From contig MU004232.1 in NCBI GenBank assembly GCA_010405405.1, positions 2,772,507 through 2,836,506 on the forward strand: a DNA stretch of 64,000 bases, in the 5' to 3' direction. Positions 14,817 to 25,985 of this stretch are shown here, one piece after another. A program made the position numbers and the translations under genes. The number at the start of each line of letters is the position of its first letter. Position 1 is the first letter of the stretch. The notes under the pieces were generated by a model that had not been told where the DNA came from, made no database searches, and saw only the letters and a program-made list of their open reading frames with translations. Source of the DNA: Microthyrium microscopicum (Eukaryota).

Positions 14817-16053
14817 ATGGCCTCTCCTGCAAGTTCAACAACTACGACTGCCAAAGTAACCTCCAAGAAAGCAACAACCATAGCGAAAGCGACCACTACC
14901 GCCAAAGCAACAACCGTAACAGGAGCTCTCCCACACACCTTTACTGTTTCCCCGCCTTCTATCACCTCCATATTCGATCCTCCATCTTCATGTTTCAACC
15001 AAGCTTATCTGGTAACAACCACCAGCTCGTCCAAGGTCCTTCGCATATTCCCGGGCTTTCAGGCCGCGTGTTATCCTCCAGGCATATCGGCAGGAACGAC
15101 TTTCAGTCCCGGCATCTGCCCTTCTGGATTTGAGCAGGTTGCCGTAACAGTATTCAGGCCCTCGCAAACCGATGCTGTCAGTGGCGCGTCAGGCTCTGTT
15201 TCTGCCGCTACTGTTACAACGACGGGCACAAGGACTGGCGAAGCGCAGACGGAGGCGACTTGTTGTCCTAGGTCAGTACCAATTCCCGTTGTCCCATCTT
15301 TTACCTTGCTGACTATGGTCTAGTGGCTTCTCCGTGATCTCGAACGGTGATGCCTGCGAATCTTCAACCACCGCGTCCGTGATATACGTGTCTTCCGCAG
15401 GAGTGTTTGAAAACTCTGGTGTAACGACTTATACCAGTACAACTTACATAGCCACCAAACTCAAAGCAAAAACCACTGCCAAAATAACAGCGCCCGCTTT
15501 CGTTGTGCAATGGGCAGCCTCGAATCCTATAATCACAAGTCTTCTTGCCCAAGAAGCCAACAATACAGCTCCTGGAGGTAATAATGGAACCACATTGGGT
15601 GGAGGTGACGACGACGACTCGACACAAGGACCTCTCACTGGCGGAGCAATAGCTGGCATCGTCATCGGAATATGTGCGTTCGTGTTTATCGCTGGCGCAC
15701 TGGTCTGGTGGAGGATGCACAAGAGATCAAAAAGGGATCGGGATGGATCGTTGGGCGAGACGGAAGATGCCAAAACTGCGAAAACCAGCAATCCTGACCA
15801 TCCATGGTTGAAACCTGAACTCGCTGGTACTGAGGTAAGGCCAAACTCGGCGCCATCGATACCGCCGACGGAATTACCTGGCGATACACCAGCAAAGCCA
15901 ACTAATGGCCCACCGGCAGAGCTTGAGGGCACCACTCCACTGCCTCCTCATCAGCAAGTAACAAGTCCGGTAGAAATGTCGACGGTTCAATCACCGGTAG
16001 GCAGAGAGCACGCTCATGTAAGACCTGGGAATGTAACGAATGATCATGTTTGA
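14817..16053 (+). CDS. Single-pass membrane protein, Thr/Ser-rich with Cys motif (Mid2/WSC-like surface protein); 2 exons
   Basis: ATG at 14817. Intron 15272-15323 (GTCAGT...GCTGAC...TAG) joins the two ORFs and gives CCPSGF. Also FSPGICPSG motif, TM helix GAIAGIVIGICAFVFIAGALVWW followed by basic RMHKR, and cytoplasmic ELxG repeats. Confidence 0.8.
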
Positions 16054-16688
16054 TGAATATGGATGAGATGAATCGGCGCGTGTGGTTTTGCTGTTTCCTT
16101 CACTAGATACCCGGACGATCAAGTCGTTAAAAGAGAGTAGTGGGATCATAGCTCATAAAGGCGTTAATGGCCAGGAGAGGGCCCTGCAAGACGGAGAATT
16201 GTCCAATCAATGTATAACTCATCTGAAGAGAACAAGTACTGTGCGTGGTGACACAAGGATGTCAATGTGAGGATTAGTTCGTGATAGTCTACCAGAGCAG
16301 ATCATTAGATCGATTGATGGAAGAGAATTCGCCCAGTCACCAGCACAATTGAACTTTCAATATTTGATCGCAGTTTTTTAGCTTATGATGCAGCTTAAAA
16401 ATAAAAGCATGTCTTTCCAGCTTTAATAATGTAAGTGTGTCTGTCTGTTACATTCAAGATAGATTGACGCCAAGCCCTACTAGGCGTAGCGCAGCCTTTT
16501 CGATAACCTGAAGCAACATCTTTCTGGTAGAACTCCATTACTTGTCTCCGATTCTCACCATCATATCGCCAATAGTCACTCATTGCTTCTTTCATTGCTA
16601 TAGCTAGCATACCTAATCCTCATGTCCATTCTTTCATGATCCTCACAAGCCAAAGGCTGTGGAGAGACAGCCCACAGAAGCCGATGCC

Positions 16689-19217
16689 ATGGTTTCGATA
16701 TTCTCCAGTCTGAACCCGCTCGACGAGGAGCTGGGTAAGAAAGATGACGATCACAAAGCTGGCGATGGAGGAAAGACATGGCACGCCCTGCGCAGCTCCA
16801 TGCGTATGCGAAGGAGGCGGCTGATTGTACTCGCCATTACGATCTTTCTCATTTGGTTCCTCTTCACGCACCGATTGCGAGACATGCTACAACATCGAGT
16901 CAAGGAAGAAGAAATCATTGTCGCCAATGCCAATGGGAAGAACTACCACTCTGAGACGACTGTCAAAGACTCTTACGGCTTGCGCGGTATCACTCCTTCA
17001 CAACCATCGAATGCGAACGAACCCTTCTCCAATCCCAAACCGAAGCCACAGCACGTTGCACCGAATAAGGGAAAGCCTGATAAGACCAAGTTTTATACCA
17101 AACACTACTATGAAGGAGAGATGAAGTTTTATGCTCTACCGGTTTCGATACGGAGAATACAAAGCAGCTCCAGCTTTGCGAATCAAAACTATAATGTGCT
17201 CTTCTGCGCGGCGAATTTACAATCTGCGGCGAATCTTATACCGGTTGCTTGCGATATGGCAAAACGTGGAACTACCCGAGTACACATGGCATTCATGGGT
17301 CGTAATGATATGAGTATCGACGAGATTCTTCAAATCAATGGCATAGACAAGAGCTGTCGTGTGCTTTTCCATGATGCCAGGCCAGACTTTGCCCCTTATA
17401 GTTCCGATCTAAGAGCAGCTTCCAGCGTATCAAGTGCCCTGAAGTACATCCAGGACTATATGCATCCTCAAGCTCTAATCACTCATTCTCCCGATGCTGA
17501 AGACGACTATTTCACAACCGCCATCGCAGCCAAGGCCAAGGAATACAATATACCAGTCATCCAGGTACCAGAGCAGGGCTGGAAAGTTGGCGCAGCTCAC
17601 CCTGATGACAGTCTAGGCTGGATTGCTAGATTAGATACCAAGGCGCTGAATTCTTGGACTGTGGCCGATATCGAAATAGTCGTTCAGGCCCCGACCGGCT
17701 CATCTGGCCCATTGATCAAGCTACTCGACTCGTTAAGCAAAGCCGACTATACTGGCACGAAGCCACCTCGTCTTACTATCGAATTGCCATCTGAACCAGA
17801 TCTTATGGTTCAATCGTATCTCAAAGATTTTAAATGGCCACCAGGCCTCTTGTCAAGTCAACAATCACAGCTAAATATAAGACGAAGGTTACCCATTCGA
17901 AGCATGTCCCAAGAGGAGGCATCGGTACGATTTATGGAATCATTTTATCCTTACGATCCTGAACGATCCCACGTACTCCTTCTCTCACCAAATACCTACA
18001 TCTCGCCCTTATATTATCAACAACTTCGATACTACTTGCTCAAGCTAAAACATACACAATTTCCGGTCTTGGATCCACCATTGATGGGCATCGCTTTGGA
18101 TATACCGAGTGTGTATCTCAATGGCTCCCAAGAGTTCCAAGTTCCAGATATCACGGCATTAGATTTAACAACGCAAGAAGAAAGCAAGCCGACCTCAAAG
18201 ACCATCCGACCACACTTCCTATGGGAAGCTCCCAATCCCAATGCTGCTCTGTACTTTGGCTCAGCCTGGGTAGAACTCCACTCCTTCCTATCTCTCCGAC
18301 TAGCCAAATTTCACTCCGATCCACATCCTCAACCACGCAAAAAGCTCGTCAGCGACCATCTCCCCGCTTGGACCGAATACGCCCTCGAATTCATGCGCGC
18401 TCGCGGCTACACTTTCTTCTACCCCGGCGCTCTCACCCCACACGACGCCTTCGCCGTTATACACCACGACATTGAGCAGCGACCAGACGAATACTCCATG
18501 CCCAAGAAAACCCGCGTCTTCCACAAACGCAGCGCCAGACCAGATCCCAAGCCCGTCGCTGCGGACATACCCAGCGTCTTCACAGATCCCTTCCTCCCGC
18601 CTGACGATGCAGACTTCTCAATCAAGAAAACTACACCTCTCAAACAATCCAACCCCATAACCTCCGAACGCGCTTTCCAACCTCTCCTCCACACACTGCC
18701 CTTCCGTGGCCCAGAACCAAGCATGTTCAGCATCCCGCACTACGCCTGGGACGGCAGCCTCATCGAAGTTAGCGAAGCGGCGCGCCGGACAGCAGCAGAA
18801 GCCGAGAACTTCCGCCAAGAACTCGGCGGCTGTCGTGGTTCGCCCTCCCGTGAAGGCATGATGCGCAAAATCGTACCTGGTAGTGCCGCAGATCTCTTCT
18901 GCTGGAAGGGCGTGGAAGAGAACTGGATTCCTCTGCCCAAAGAGGGCAACGGTAAAAGTGGAGATTCAGAAGTTGCTGGTGCACAGCCAGCGGAGTATCG
19001 ATCGCCTCAGAGGGCGAGTGAGTGGAAGGAGTTGGATAAGGACGTGGAGGATTATTTGAAGGAGCCGTTGTTGACGCCGCGGGTTAAGGTTGTTGGGGCT
19101 GATGAGTTGGTGACGGATACGGAGTTGAAGGAGAAAGTGGCGGAGAAGCTTAAGGAGAGGGAGAAGATTAAGGAGAAGGTGGGTGGTGATGATGGGAGGG
19201 AAGATATTGAGATTTGA
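16689..19217 (+). CDS. Conserved fungal type II membrane protein, putative glycosyltransferase (GT2-like annotation)
   Basis: Long intronless ORF; first in-frame ATG at 16689. N-terminal RRRR plus TM helix (LIVLAITIFLIWFLF). Motifs MAFMGR, FHDARPD and PPRLTIELP are recalled from a fungal family often labelled GT2; the function is uncertain. Confidence 0.7.
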   Translation: MVSIFSSLNPLDEELGKKDDDHKAGDGGKTWHALRSSMRMRRRRLIVLAITIFLIWFLFTHRLRDMLQHRVKEEEIIVANANGKNYHSETTVKDSYGLRGITPSQPSNANEPFSNPKPKPQHVAPNKGKPDKTKFYTKHYYEGEMKFYALPVSIRRIQSSSSFANQNYNVLFCAANLQSAANLIPVACDMAKRGTTRVHMAFMGRNDMSIDEILQINGIDKSCRVLFHDARPDFAPYSSDLRAASSVSSALKYIQDYMHPQALITHSPDAEDDYFTTAIAAKAKEYNIPVIQVPEQGWKVGAAHPDDSLGWIARLDTKALNSWTVADIEIVVQAPTGSSGPLIKLLDSLSKADYTGTKPPRLTIELPSEPDLMVQSYLKDFKWPPGLLSSQQSQLNIRRRLPIRSMSQEEASVRFMESFYPYDPERSHVLLLSPNTYISPLYYQQLRYYLLKLKHTQFPVLDPPLMGIALDIPSVYLNGSQEFQVPDITALDLTTQEESKPTSKTIRPHFLWEAPNPNAALYFGSAWVELHSFLSLRLAKFHSDPHPQPRKKLVSDHLPAWTEYALEFMRARGYTFFYPGALTPHDAFAVIHHDIEQRPDEYSMPKKTRVFHKRSARPDPKPVAADIPSVFTDPFLPPDDADFSIKKTTPLKQSNPITSERAFQPLLHTLPFRGPEPSMFSIPHYAWDGSLIEVSEAARRTAAEAENFRQELGGCRGSPSREGMMRKIVPGSAADLFCWKGVEENWIPLPKEGNGKSGDSEVAGAQPAEYRSPQRASEWKELDKDVEDYLKEPLLTPRVKVVGADELVTDTELKEKVAEKLKEREKIKEKVGGDDGREDIEI

Positions 19218-19641
19218 TGGAGATTCTCATTTGATCGACTGTTGGTGACGATTTATTGTATGGTGTTTAGGCGTTGGGATACTGGGGATAAATGTGCTAT
19301 AGGGACTTGTCATGAGTATGGAACTGAACGAAGCTAGTTTAACAGCATGTATTTAACTATGGATATTTCATGAAACTTGTCTGAAGTCTATTGTTAGGAT
19401 ATTTGTATCTCGTTGCGCTTTCATGCTCCTGTTTGATGCTTTTGCCGCACATGCAGCCAGCCGTCTGCTGTCACCACAGCTCCTGGATAAATTCTGCTCT
19501 GCTTCCTCCTCCCTCTTCAACGCTTAAGCCCTTCGCACAATCTTCACCATATCGTCAACTACAAGTAGACTAAGACACACATTCGACTCGGAAACAGATA
19601 TAACAAGCTCTAGATCGAAATAGTGAAGACAGGATCTGGAC

Positions 19642-20684
19642 ATGGTGGAAACGTCAGACGCTGACCGCGTTGCGGCCTTCATCCCGAAATTCGAGCTTCA
19701 AAAGGTGCTTTTTCACGGTAGCTTTTCAACAGATTATTTTTTGACATCAACAAATTCTGACTTCAATTCCAGATCCTGGCGCCAGACGCGTCGTGCTTCT
19801 AGGCACCATCGATGGTCAACCTGGTTTGGTCCTCGTGGAGCGCACTGCATTCCCATCTGACGCAGAAACGCTCAAAAATCTGACCTCAACGCTTGCCAAG
19901 CTCACCACGTTGAGCACCAATGACATTTATGCCTGGTTTCTAGGCAAAAGCGGTGCTGATATGCCACCTGATCTAAAGATCAACTTGATCTATCCTTGCA
20001 CCGACAAACACATTGCCAAGTACACGCCTCAACGCGTCCGCATGGTGACGGAGACCGCTGCTATCTATGCGGATAAGGTCCGTCCGTATATGGCTGCTCA
20101 GCGCGATGCAGGTCGTCTGAACTGGGTGTTCAATATTCTTGAAGGTCGAAAAGAGCAGGACGATATCATCTATAAAGATGCTGATGAAGTGGATGGCTTC
20201 CTGCTGATGCCTGACCTCAATTGGGACCGTCGAACCTTGACTGGACTGCATCTGTTGGGTATTGTCGTGAGACGAGATATCTGGAGTCTGCGCGACTTGA
20301 AACATGAGCATATTCCTTGGTTGAAGCATATGCGTGAGCAGTTGGTTTTGCATACTACGAAGTTGTATCCGGACATTGAGGCGGATGAACTAAAGTTGTA
20401 TGTTCATTGTAAGTTGCAGCCCCCTCCATGATCAAACTTGATATTAATCGGGGTCAGACCAACCAACATATTACCACTTCCATATCCACGTCGTCCATTG
20501 CCAGCTTGAAGCTGGAGCGACCCAAGCAGTCGGCAAAGCTTTTGGATTAGAGAATCTTGTCAGCCAGCTCGAAATGCTTCCAAAAAATAAAACACTGGCC
20601 GAACTCGACCTCACCTATGCCATCGGCGAGAACCATGATCTCTGGAAACAGGTCTTTGCTCCATTCAAGGAACGCCGCTCCTGA
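19642..20684 (+). CDS. DCS1: m7GpppX diphosphatase (scavenger mRNA-decapping enzyme DcpS); 3 exons
   Basis: Introns 19718-19772 and 20409-20457. The spliced product has the HIT motif YVHYQPTYYHFHIHVV plus NDIY, INLIYP, WVFNILEG, PDLNWD and SLRDL. Stop TGA at 20682-20684. Confidence 0.95.
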
Positions 20685-22129
20685 TCATGCTACGATGTCT
20701 TTCTGGCAGCATAACTGCTGTCAGTAAGGTAGACCGACTGATCAGTCACAAATTACAAACGGTCTGATACCCAGGCTTCTGCTCAATCTGAGTGTCTTCT
20801 CCTCTAGAAGAAAAGGAACATATATCCTTCAGCCCACATTGGGTTTGTCTAGCAAAGAGGCATTTGTGCAATCGCACAAGAGCAACATCCGCCTAACATG
20901 GCGTTGAACATTGTTCCAAAACCGATATGTTCCAGCAGAGTCAATAACAGTCACGTCAAATGTTGCCAGATGCCAGATGCCAGATGGATCAAACCGTCAA
21001 TACCAGTCACATCTTCCAAGATGCCAGGCCAAGCACACTACTAACACCACTTCTATTCAAAAGAGCACATTCAGACAGACCTCGACATCATTCTTTGGCT
21101 ATGCTTTCAAGCGAAGTCTTTTCAACAGGAACAAATTGGCAGATCTGCAAACATATGCCTTTTCATCAAGAACTAATGGCCGGGCTTTAACACCTACTTT
21201 TCCAACAAGAACAAACAAGCAGGCTTTCAACACTTGCTTTTCCATTCCGAGTCTATTGTAGTGAAGCGTCGATGTTTGAAGACTAGATGAAATAAAATAA
21301 AAAGGGGTCGAGGAATCGACTTTTCGACACGGTTGTTTCGTACTGACTGCAATGCGTGCCAACAGCTTACAATAGGAACAACGGATCCGCTGGTCATTTC
21401 GTCCAGTACTACGAAGCCATGATCTTCACAATGTCTAATAGGCAGTGACTTATCTGATCCTGTGGGATTCCCACCGATTACTATAAGGACGTAGACCCTG
21501 GTCAATGCTATTATGATCAATATCAAATGGTGACATCTTCAGGGACAAAATCAGAGAGCCATTTCAACGACTCCATCGATAAAGATGGCTGCCATAACAC
21601 TTCTTAAAGAGTAATCGCCTTGTTTTCCATCGGCATCGTAGAATATACATCAGATTATCGAATACGATGGGAAGTGAAGCACCTTTTGTTTAGCAGCGCT
21701 GGTGGTAGCCATTAGAATTGATGGGAATATGCCATTTAATTTACCATGCCGTTGTGCCTTGGCAATACAGCCAAATGGTCAAATAAATGGCGCGCTCCCA
21801 GCGAGTGCGATAGCTCCCATACAAGACGATCTGCTATCGAGTGTTTTATCATCAAGCGCGTTCAGGTATGGACATTTCATGAAATGCGATAGGAAATATA
21901 ACACCTTCTAATTAATATCGGTCGTGTGAGCCATCGACGCTGATGGGAGAACGCCAGTCATTTGGTCCATCAGTTGGTAGCAAAAAGCTAGAAAATGCCA
22001 GGTAAGGTTGTTATCGTCGATCAATGATTTTTACTTCTATGCACGTGGCGAAACTCGTTCCTGCCAAAATAATACACGTGGGAAGCCATGCACTGCACTT
22101 TCCTGGCGCCCCTCAACGCCAGATCATCC

Positions 22130-22139
22130 AAAAAAAAAA
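22130..22139 (-). terminator. Pol III oligo-T terminator downstream of the tRNA
   Basis: Run of 10 T on the minus strand, about 22 nt after the discriminator base and downstream of the small 3' tRNA exon. Confidence 0.75.
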
Positions 22140-22161
22140 GGATTGATTCAAGTTTTCAAGA

Positions 22162-22297
22162 TACCCGACGCCTGCTTATTGTTAGCGCAATATATTGGCA
22201 TTCAGGGTTAGGGTCGTACGGGACTCGAACCCGCAGCCTCAGGATGAACAAAAACAGCTCATAGAAGTCCTGCGCGCTACCATTGCGCTAGCCGGGC
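22162..22297 (-). tRNA. tRNA-Arg(UCU) with a canonical 16-nt intron (22246-22261) and a second 48-nt spliceosomal-type intron (22172-22219) in the T-stem
   Basis: Minus strand reads GCCCGGC TA GCGC AATGGTA GCGC G CAGGA CT TCT A [16-nt intron] A TCCTG AGGCT GCGGG TTCGAGT CCC [48-nt insert] GC GTCGGGT A. All four stems pair once both inserts are removed. A and B boxes are intact. Confidence 0.9.
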
Positions 22298-22907
22298 GCA
22301 TTTTTGGTTTTTGCTTTACACCAAATTTTATGAAAGTTGTGAGCCAGAAATGCTTGCTTGGCAAATATATATCAGCTCACCTCACGACTCGAGCCATTTC
22401 CATGTAGACTTAGCCATTTCTTCCAAACCACTTTTCCAACATGATAGGGAATGACCGCGAACAATTGCGAATGTTTCTGACCCTGTTAAGTCGGACGAGG
22501 GCCATATGGTGCGAGCATACAGCAAAAGTGTTGCAGATCTCAAAGTATAAAATGATGCACAAAGCCACTGGCGTGCCCATTTCGTCTCTGACGGCTCCCA
22601 TGTGCTACGTTTCGGTAGATAGTGCTGTACTTTCCATCGAATGGGCAAATAATAGGACAGATTATCGACTAAGATGCGAAGTAGCATACTATCCGATGAA
22701 GCGTAGGATATAGGAGACATCGAAGATGATGGGGACACGCCATTGTTTTTCGTGAGTTGATTGTTTGAGTGTCAAGTGCGTCTTGATCACATATAAAATT
22801 TGTTATTAATTGGAGAAGGCTAGAATAAACATTAGACAGATTTGTCTTTGGTATAGTCCAACTCCCATTGCGCTTCTATCATGGATATCAATTGTTCAAC
22901 CCTCTTT

Positions 22908-25900
22908 TCAAATCTTGACGCAAGAAATATCATCAAACTGAATCGTGGCATTACCAACAATATTGTTGTACGTAGCAGCCACTTGAACCAACGGATTTGC
23001 CGTTCCAATGGCCACTGTGCCTTGATAGTACTGCCAGCCGGTGCTGGCAGTACTGACAAGTGGGACTGGGTAGTTGTTGATCTCAACTGTTGGCGTGATA
23101 GTTCCGGTTGCCGAACCCATGGTGATCTTGACGAACGCTGTACAGTTCACATTGGATCCAACGGGCATGTTGGCGGCGAGAAGTTGTCTCGCGAATGACG
23201 TGGTTGTGGTGGTGATGCTACTAGCGACCCACGTGAGGCACTTGCTTCCACAGTGGCAGCTCGTGGCATTTCCAAGGTTTGTGGTTACCGAGTTGATGGT
23301 ACAATTGCTGTTTGCACCTTCCACGTCCCAGTATGTGAGGCTAGATTCGAAGCTGCCGTTGTCCACCAAATTTGAAGTTGAGTTTGAGGCAGCACAAGAT
23401 GGAGTCGCAGATGCTGAAGCCGATGAGGACGTAGCAGACGCCGAGATAGAGGATGAGCTATTAAAGCTGGAGACGGTGCTGCTGAGGGAGGAGACAGTAG
23501 ATGAGCTATTGAACGCAGAGACAGTGCTCGTAACTGAGAAACTGGATGAAGAAGTAATTGATACCGTAGATGAGGCTGTAGAAGACGACACAGTAGAAGA
23601 AATGGTAGAGTTGGCGACTGCTGAGAAAGAAGACGAAGAAGTTAAAGCAGACGAGGAAACTGTAGAGGAAATGACAGAGCTGCTGGGCGATGATGATACT
23701 GCAGAGCTGCTCGCGGAGCTTGAAATGATGGAACTACTAGCCGACGAGGATACCTCAGAACTGCTGGCGGAGCTGCTAGTCGATGATGAGACATCAGAGC
23801 TACTGGTGGAGCTTGAAACCGTAGAGCTAACAACTAAGGATGAGACATCAGAACTCGTCGCGGAACTTGATATAGTGGAACTGCCAATCGAAGATGAGAT
23901 ATCAGAGCTGCTAGCGGTGCTTGAAAGGGCAGTGCTGCTGGCCGACGAGGATTCCGAAATGCTGGCAGAACTTGTGGCGGCCGAGCTTGTGGCAGAGCTC
24001 GTGACTGAGCTAGACACATCTGAGGACGTGACAGAGCTGCTTATGGTTGCTGTGCTGCTCACTGAGCTGGAGATATCAGAAGAAGATGCTGAGCTAGAGA
24101 CATCTGATGAGGATGCGGAAGAGGAGACACTCGAAGAACTGCTGATATCCGAGCTGCTGGATACGGTACTGCTACTGCTTGGAACCGTAGAACTTGTTAC
24201 TGAAGAGCTAATATCGGAGCTTGAAGAGACTGCTGAGCTCGTAGCGGAAGAGCTGACATCGGAACTGCTCGATGCGATGGCCGAGCTAGAGACCGTAGAG
24301 CTGACATCGGAGCTGGAGGGAACTGCCGAGCTCGTGGCGGAAGAACTAACATCGGAGCTGCTGGAAGTGACAGAACTGCTGACATCGGAGCTTGATGAAA
24401 TTATGGAACTAGTGGCCGAGGAGCTGATATCAGAGCTTGATGGAACTACCGAGCTAGAAGCAGAAGAGCTTATGTCAGAACTGCTTGGAATGGCAGAACT
24501 GCTAATGTCGGAACTGGTTGCCGAAGAGGTAATCTGGGAGCTTGATGAAACTGTGGATGAAACTGTCGAGCTCGTTACAGAAGAGCTGACATCGGAACTG
24601 GAAGAAGCTGTTGAGCTCAAGGTGGAAGAGCTGACATCTGAGCTTGAAGGTGTCGCTGAGCTTGTCACAGAGCTTGATGGGATATCGGATGAGCTAATTG
24701 CGGAGCTCGATGAGATGATCGACGAAGCAGTACTGCTGGAGGGAGCGATTGAGGAACTGCTCGTAACGGCACTGGAAGAAGTCAGAACGCTGGAAGACGA
24801 TGATGCCTTGGTCGAAGAGCTGGAAATCAAAGATGACGCGGCAGAACTGGAGGCCTTGGTAGACGAGGAGCTGGAGGCCTTGGTAGACGAAGAGCTGGAG
24901 GCCTTGGTAGACGAAGAGCTGGACGGCTTGACCGACGAAGAAGTTGATGGCTTAACTGACGAGGAAGAACTTGATGCCTTCACCGACGAGGTGCTCGATG
25001 GCTTGACGGAAGAAGAGCTCGATGGCTTGACGGAAGAAGAGCTCGATGGCTTGACGGAAGAAGAGCTCGATGGCTTGACGGAAGAAGAACTCGATGGCTT
25101 GACAGAAGAAGAGCTCGATGGCTTGACGGACGAAGAACTCGACTGCTTGACTGAAGATGAACTTGAGGGCTTCACAGACGAGGTGCTCGACGGTTTGACG
25201 GAAGAAGAACTTGAGGGTTTGACGGAAGAAGAGCTCGACGGCTTAGCTGAAGAAGAGCTTGATGGTTTTACTGAAGATGAACTTGACAATTTGACGGAAG
25301 ATGAACTCGACGGTTTGACTGAAGAAGAGCTTGACACCTTCACTGACGAGGAACTCGACAGCTTGATCGATGACGAACTGGCTTTGACGCTAGACGATGA
25401 TGAAAGTTTAGCAGAGCTCGATGACGCTTGTTGAGCAGCACATTGTCCCTGAGTGAAGCCAGTCTGACATCCCGTACCGCAGTAAGAATCTGATGCTACG
25501 GGTGATCCAGTACCACAGTATCCGAAAGATGAGCAACAGCTGCCGTACGGGCAAGTAGTTCCACCATTGGCCGTGCCACACTTTGCGTTCGTAGATATGA
25601 TAGTTCCAGGCGTCGGCGTCGGTATTGGGCTTGTATTCGTACACGTTCCGAATCCTGATTGGCATCCCACTCCGCAGAAATCGCTAGTTGCACCGCACCA
25701 TCCCCATCTAAAAGTTGTTAGTTGAGTCCTTGTGTTTTGATAGTACAGTAGTCAAGTCACTGCCAGGCAGGATGCAAATAGACGAATCATGCAATCTGCC
25801 AGCAGTCGCATGACCACTGTGAATAGAGAACCCAGATGAGGAACTTACTGAGAACAACAAGGGGCCGCGTCGGGGCATGTATATCCGTTGACACCACCGC

Positions 25901-25985
25901 AAGAATAGTCTGGAGAAACTATAGCCAAAACATTACCAACTGACAATCCCAAAAGAAAAAGCGAACGAAAATATGACGATATCAT
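22908..25985 (-). CDS. Secreted chitin-binding protein: signal peptide, 2x hevein/CBM18, long Ser-rich stalk, C-terminal CBM4_9-like beta-sandwich; 2 exons
   Basis: ATG at 25985 (MISSYFRSLFLLGLSVGNVLA). Intron 25708-25848 (GTAAGT...ACTAAC...TAG). Hevein motifs CCSQWGWCG...FCGVGCQSGFGTC and CCSSFGYCG...YCGTGCQ. NLVDNGSFES near the C-terminus. Confidence 0.88.
24850..25380 (-). repeat. 24-bp coding tandem repeat (VKPSSSSS / TKASSSSS)
   Basis: Many near-identical GAAGAGCTCGATGGCTTGACGGAA units on the + strand. Confidence 0.9.

Noticed and set aside
22201..22214. Telomere-like TTCAGGGTTAGGG / CCCTAACCCT, considered as a telomerase RNA template or telomere seed
   Set aside because: Under two repeats long, lies inside the 48-nt tRNA insert, and no other telomerase-RNA elements were seen. 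It may only be a second CTAAC-like motif.
22220..22297. Reading the tRNA as a pseudogene or tRNA-derived SINE head
   Set aside because: The missing 3' acceptor strand and a T10 terminator are present 48 nt downstream, and the canonical intron is retained, which a retroposed SINE would not normally keep.
20911..22738. Numerous 60-120-aa ORFs around the tRNA and in other intergenic regions
   Set aside because: Mostly TTG/GTG starts, no domains or coherent exon structure; expected by chance.
23074..25434. 786-aa Glu/Leu-rich ORF on the + strand
   Set aside because: Antisense shadow of the Ser-rich repeat region of the CBM18 gene; the minus strand has the signal peptide, intron and recognisable domains.
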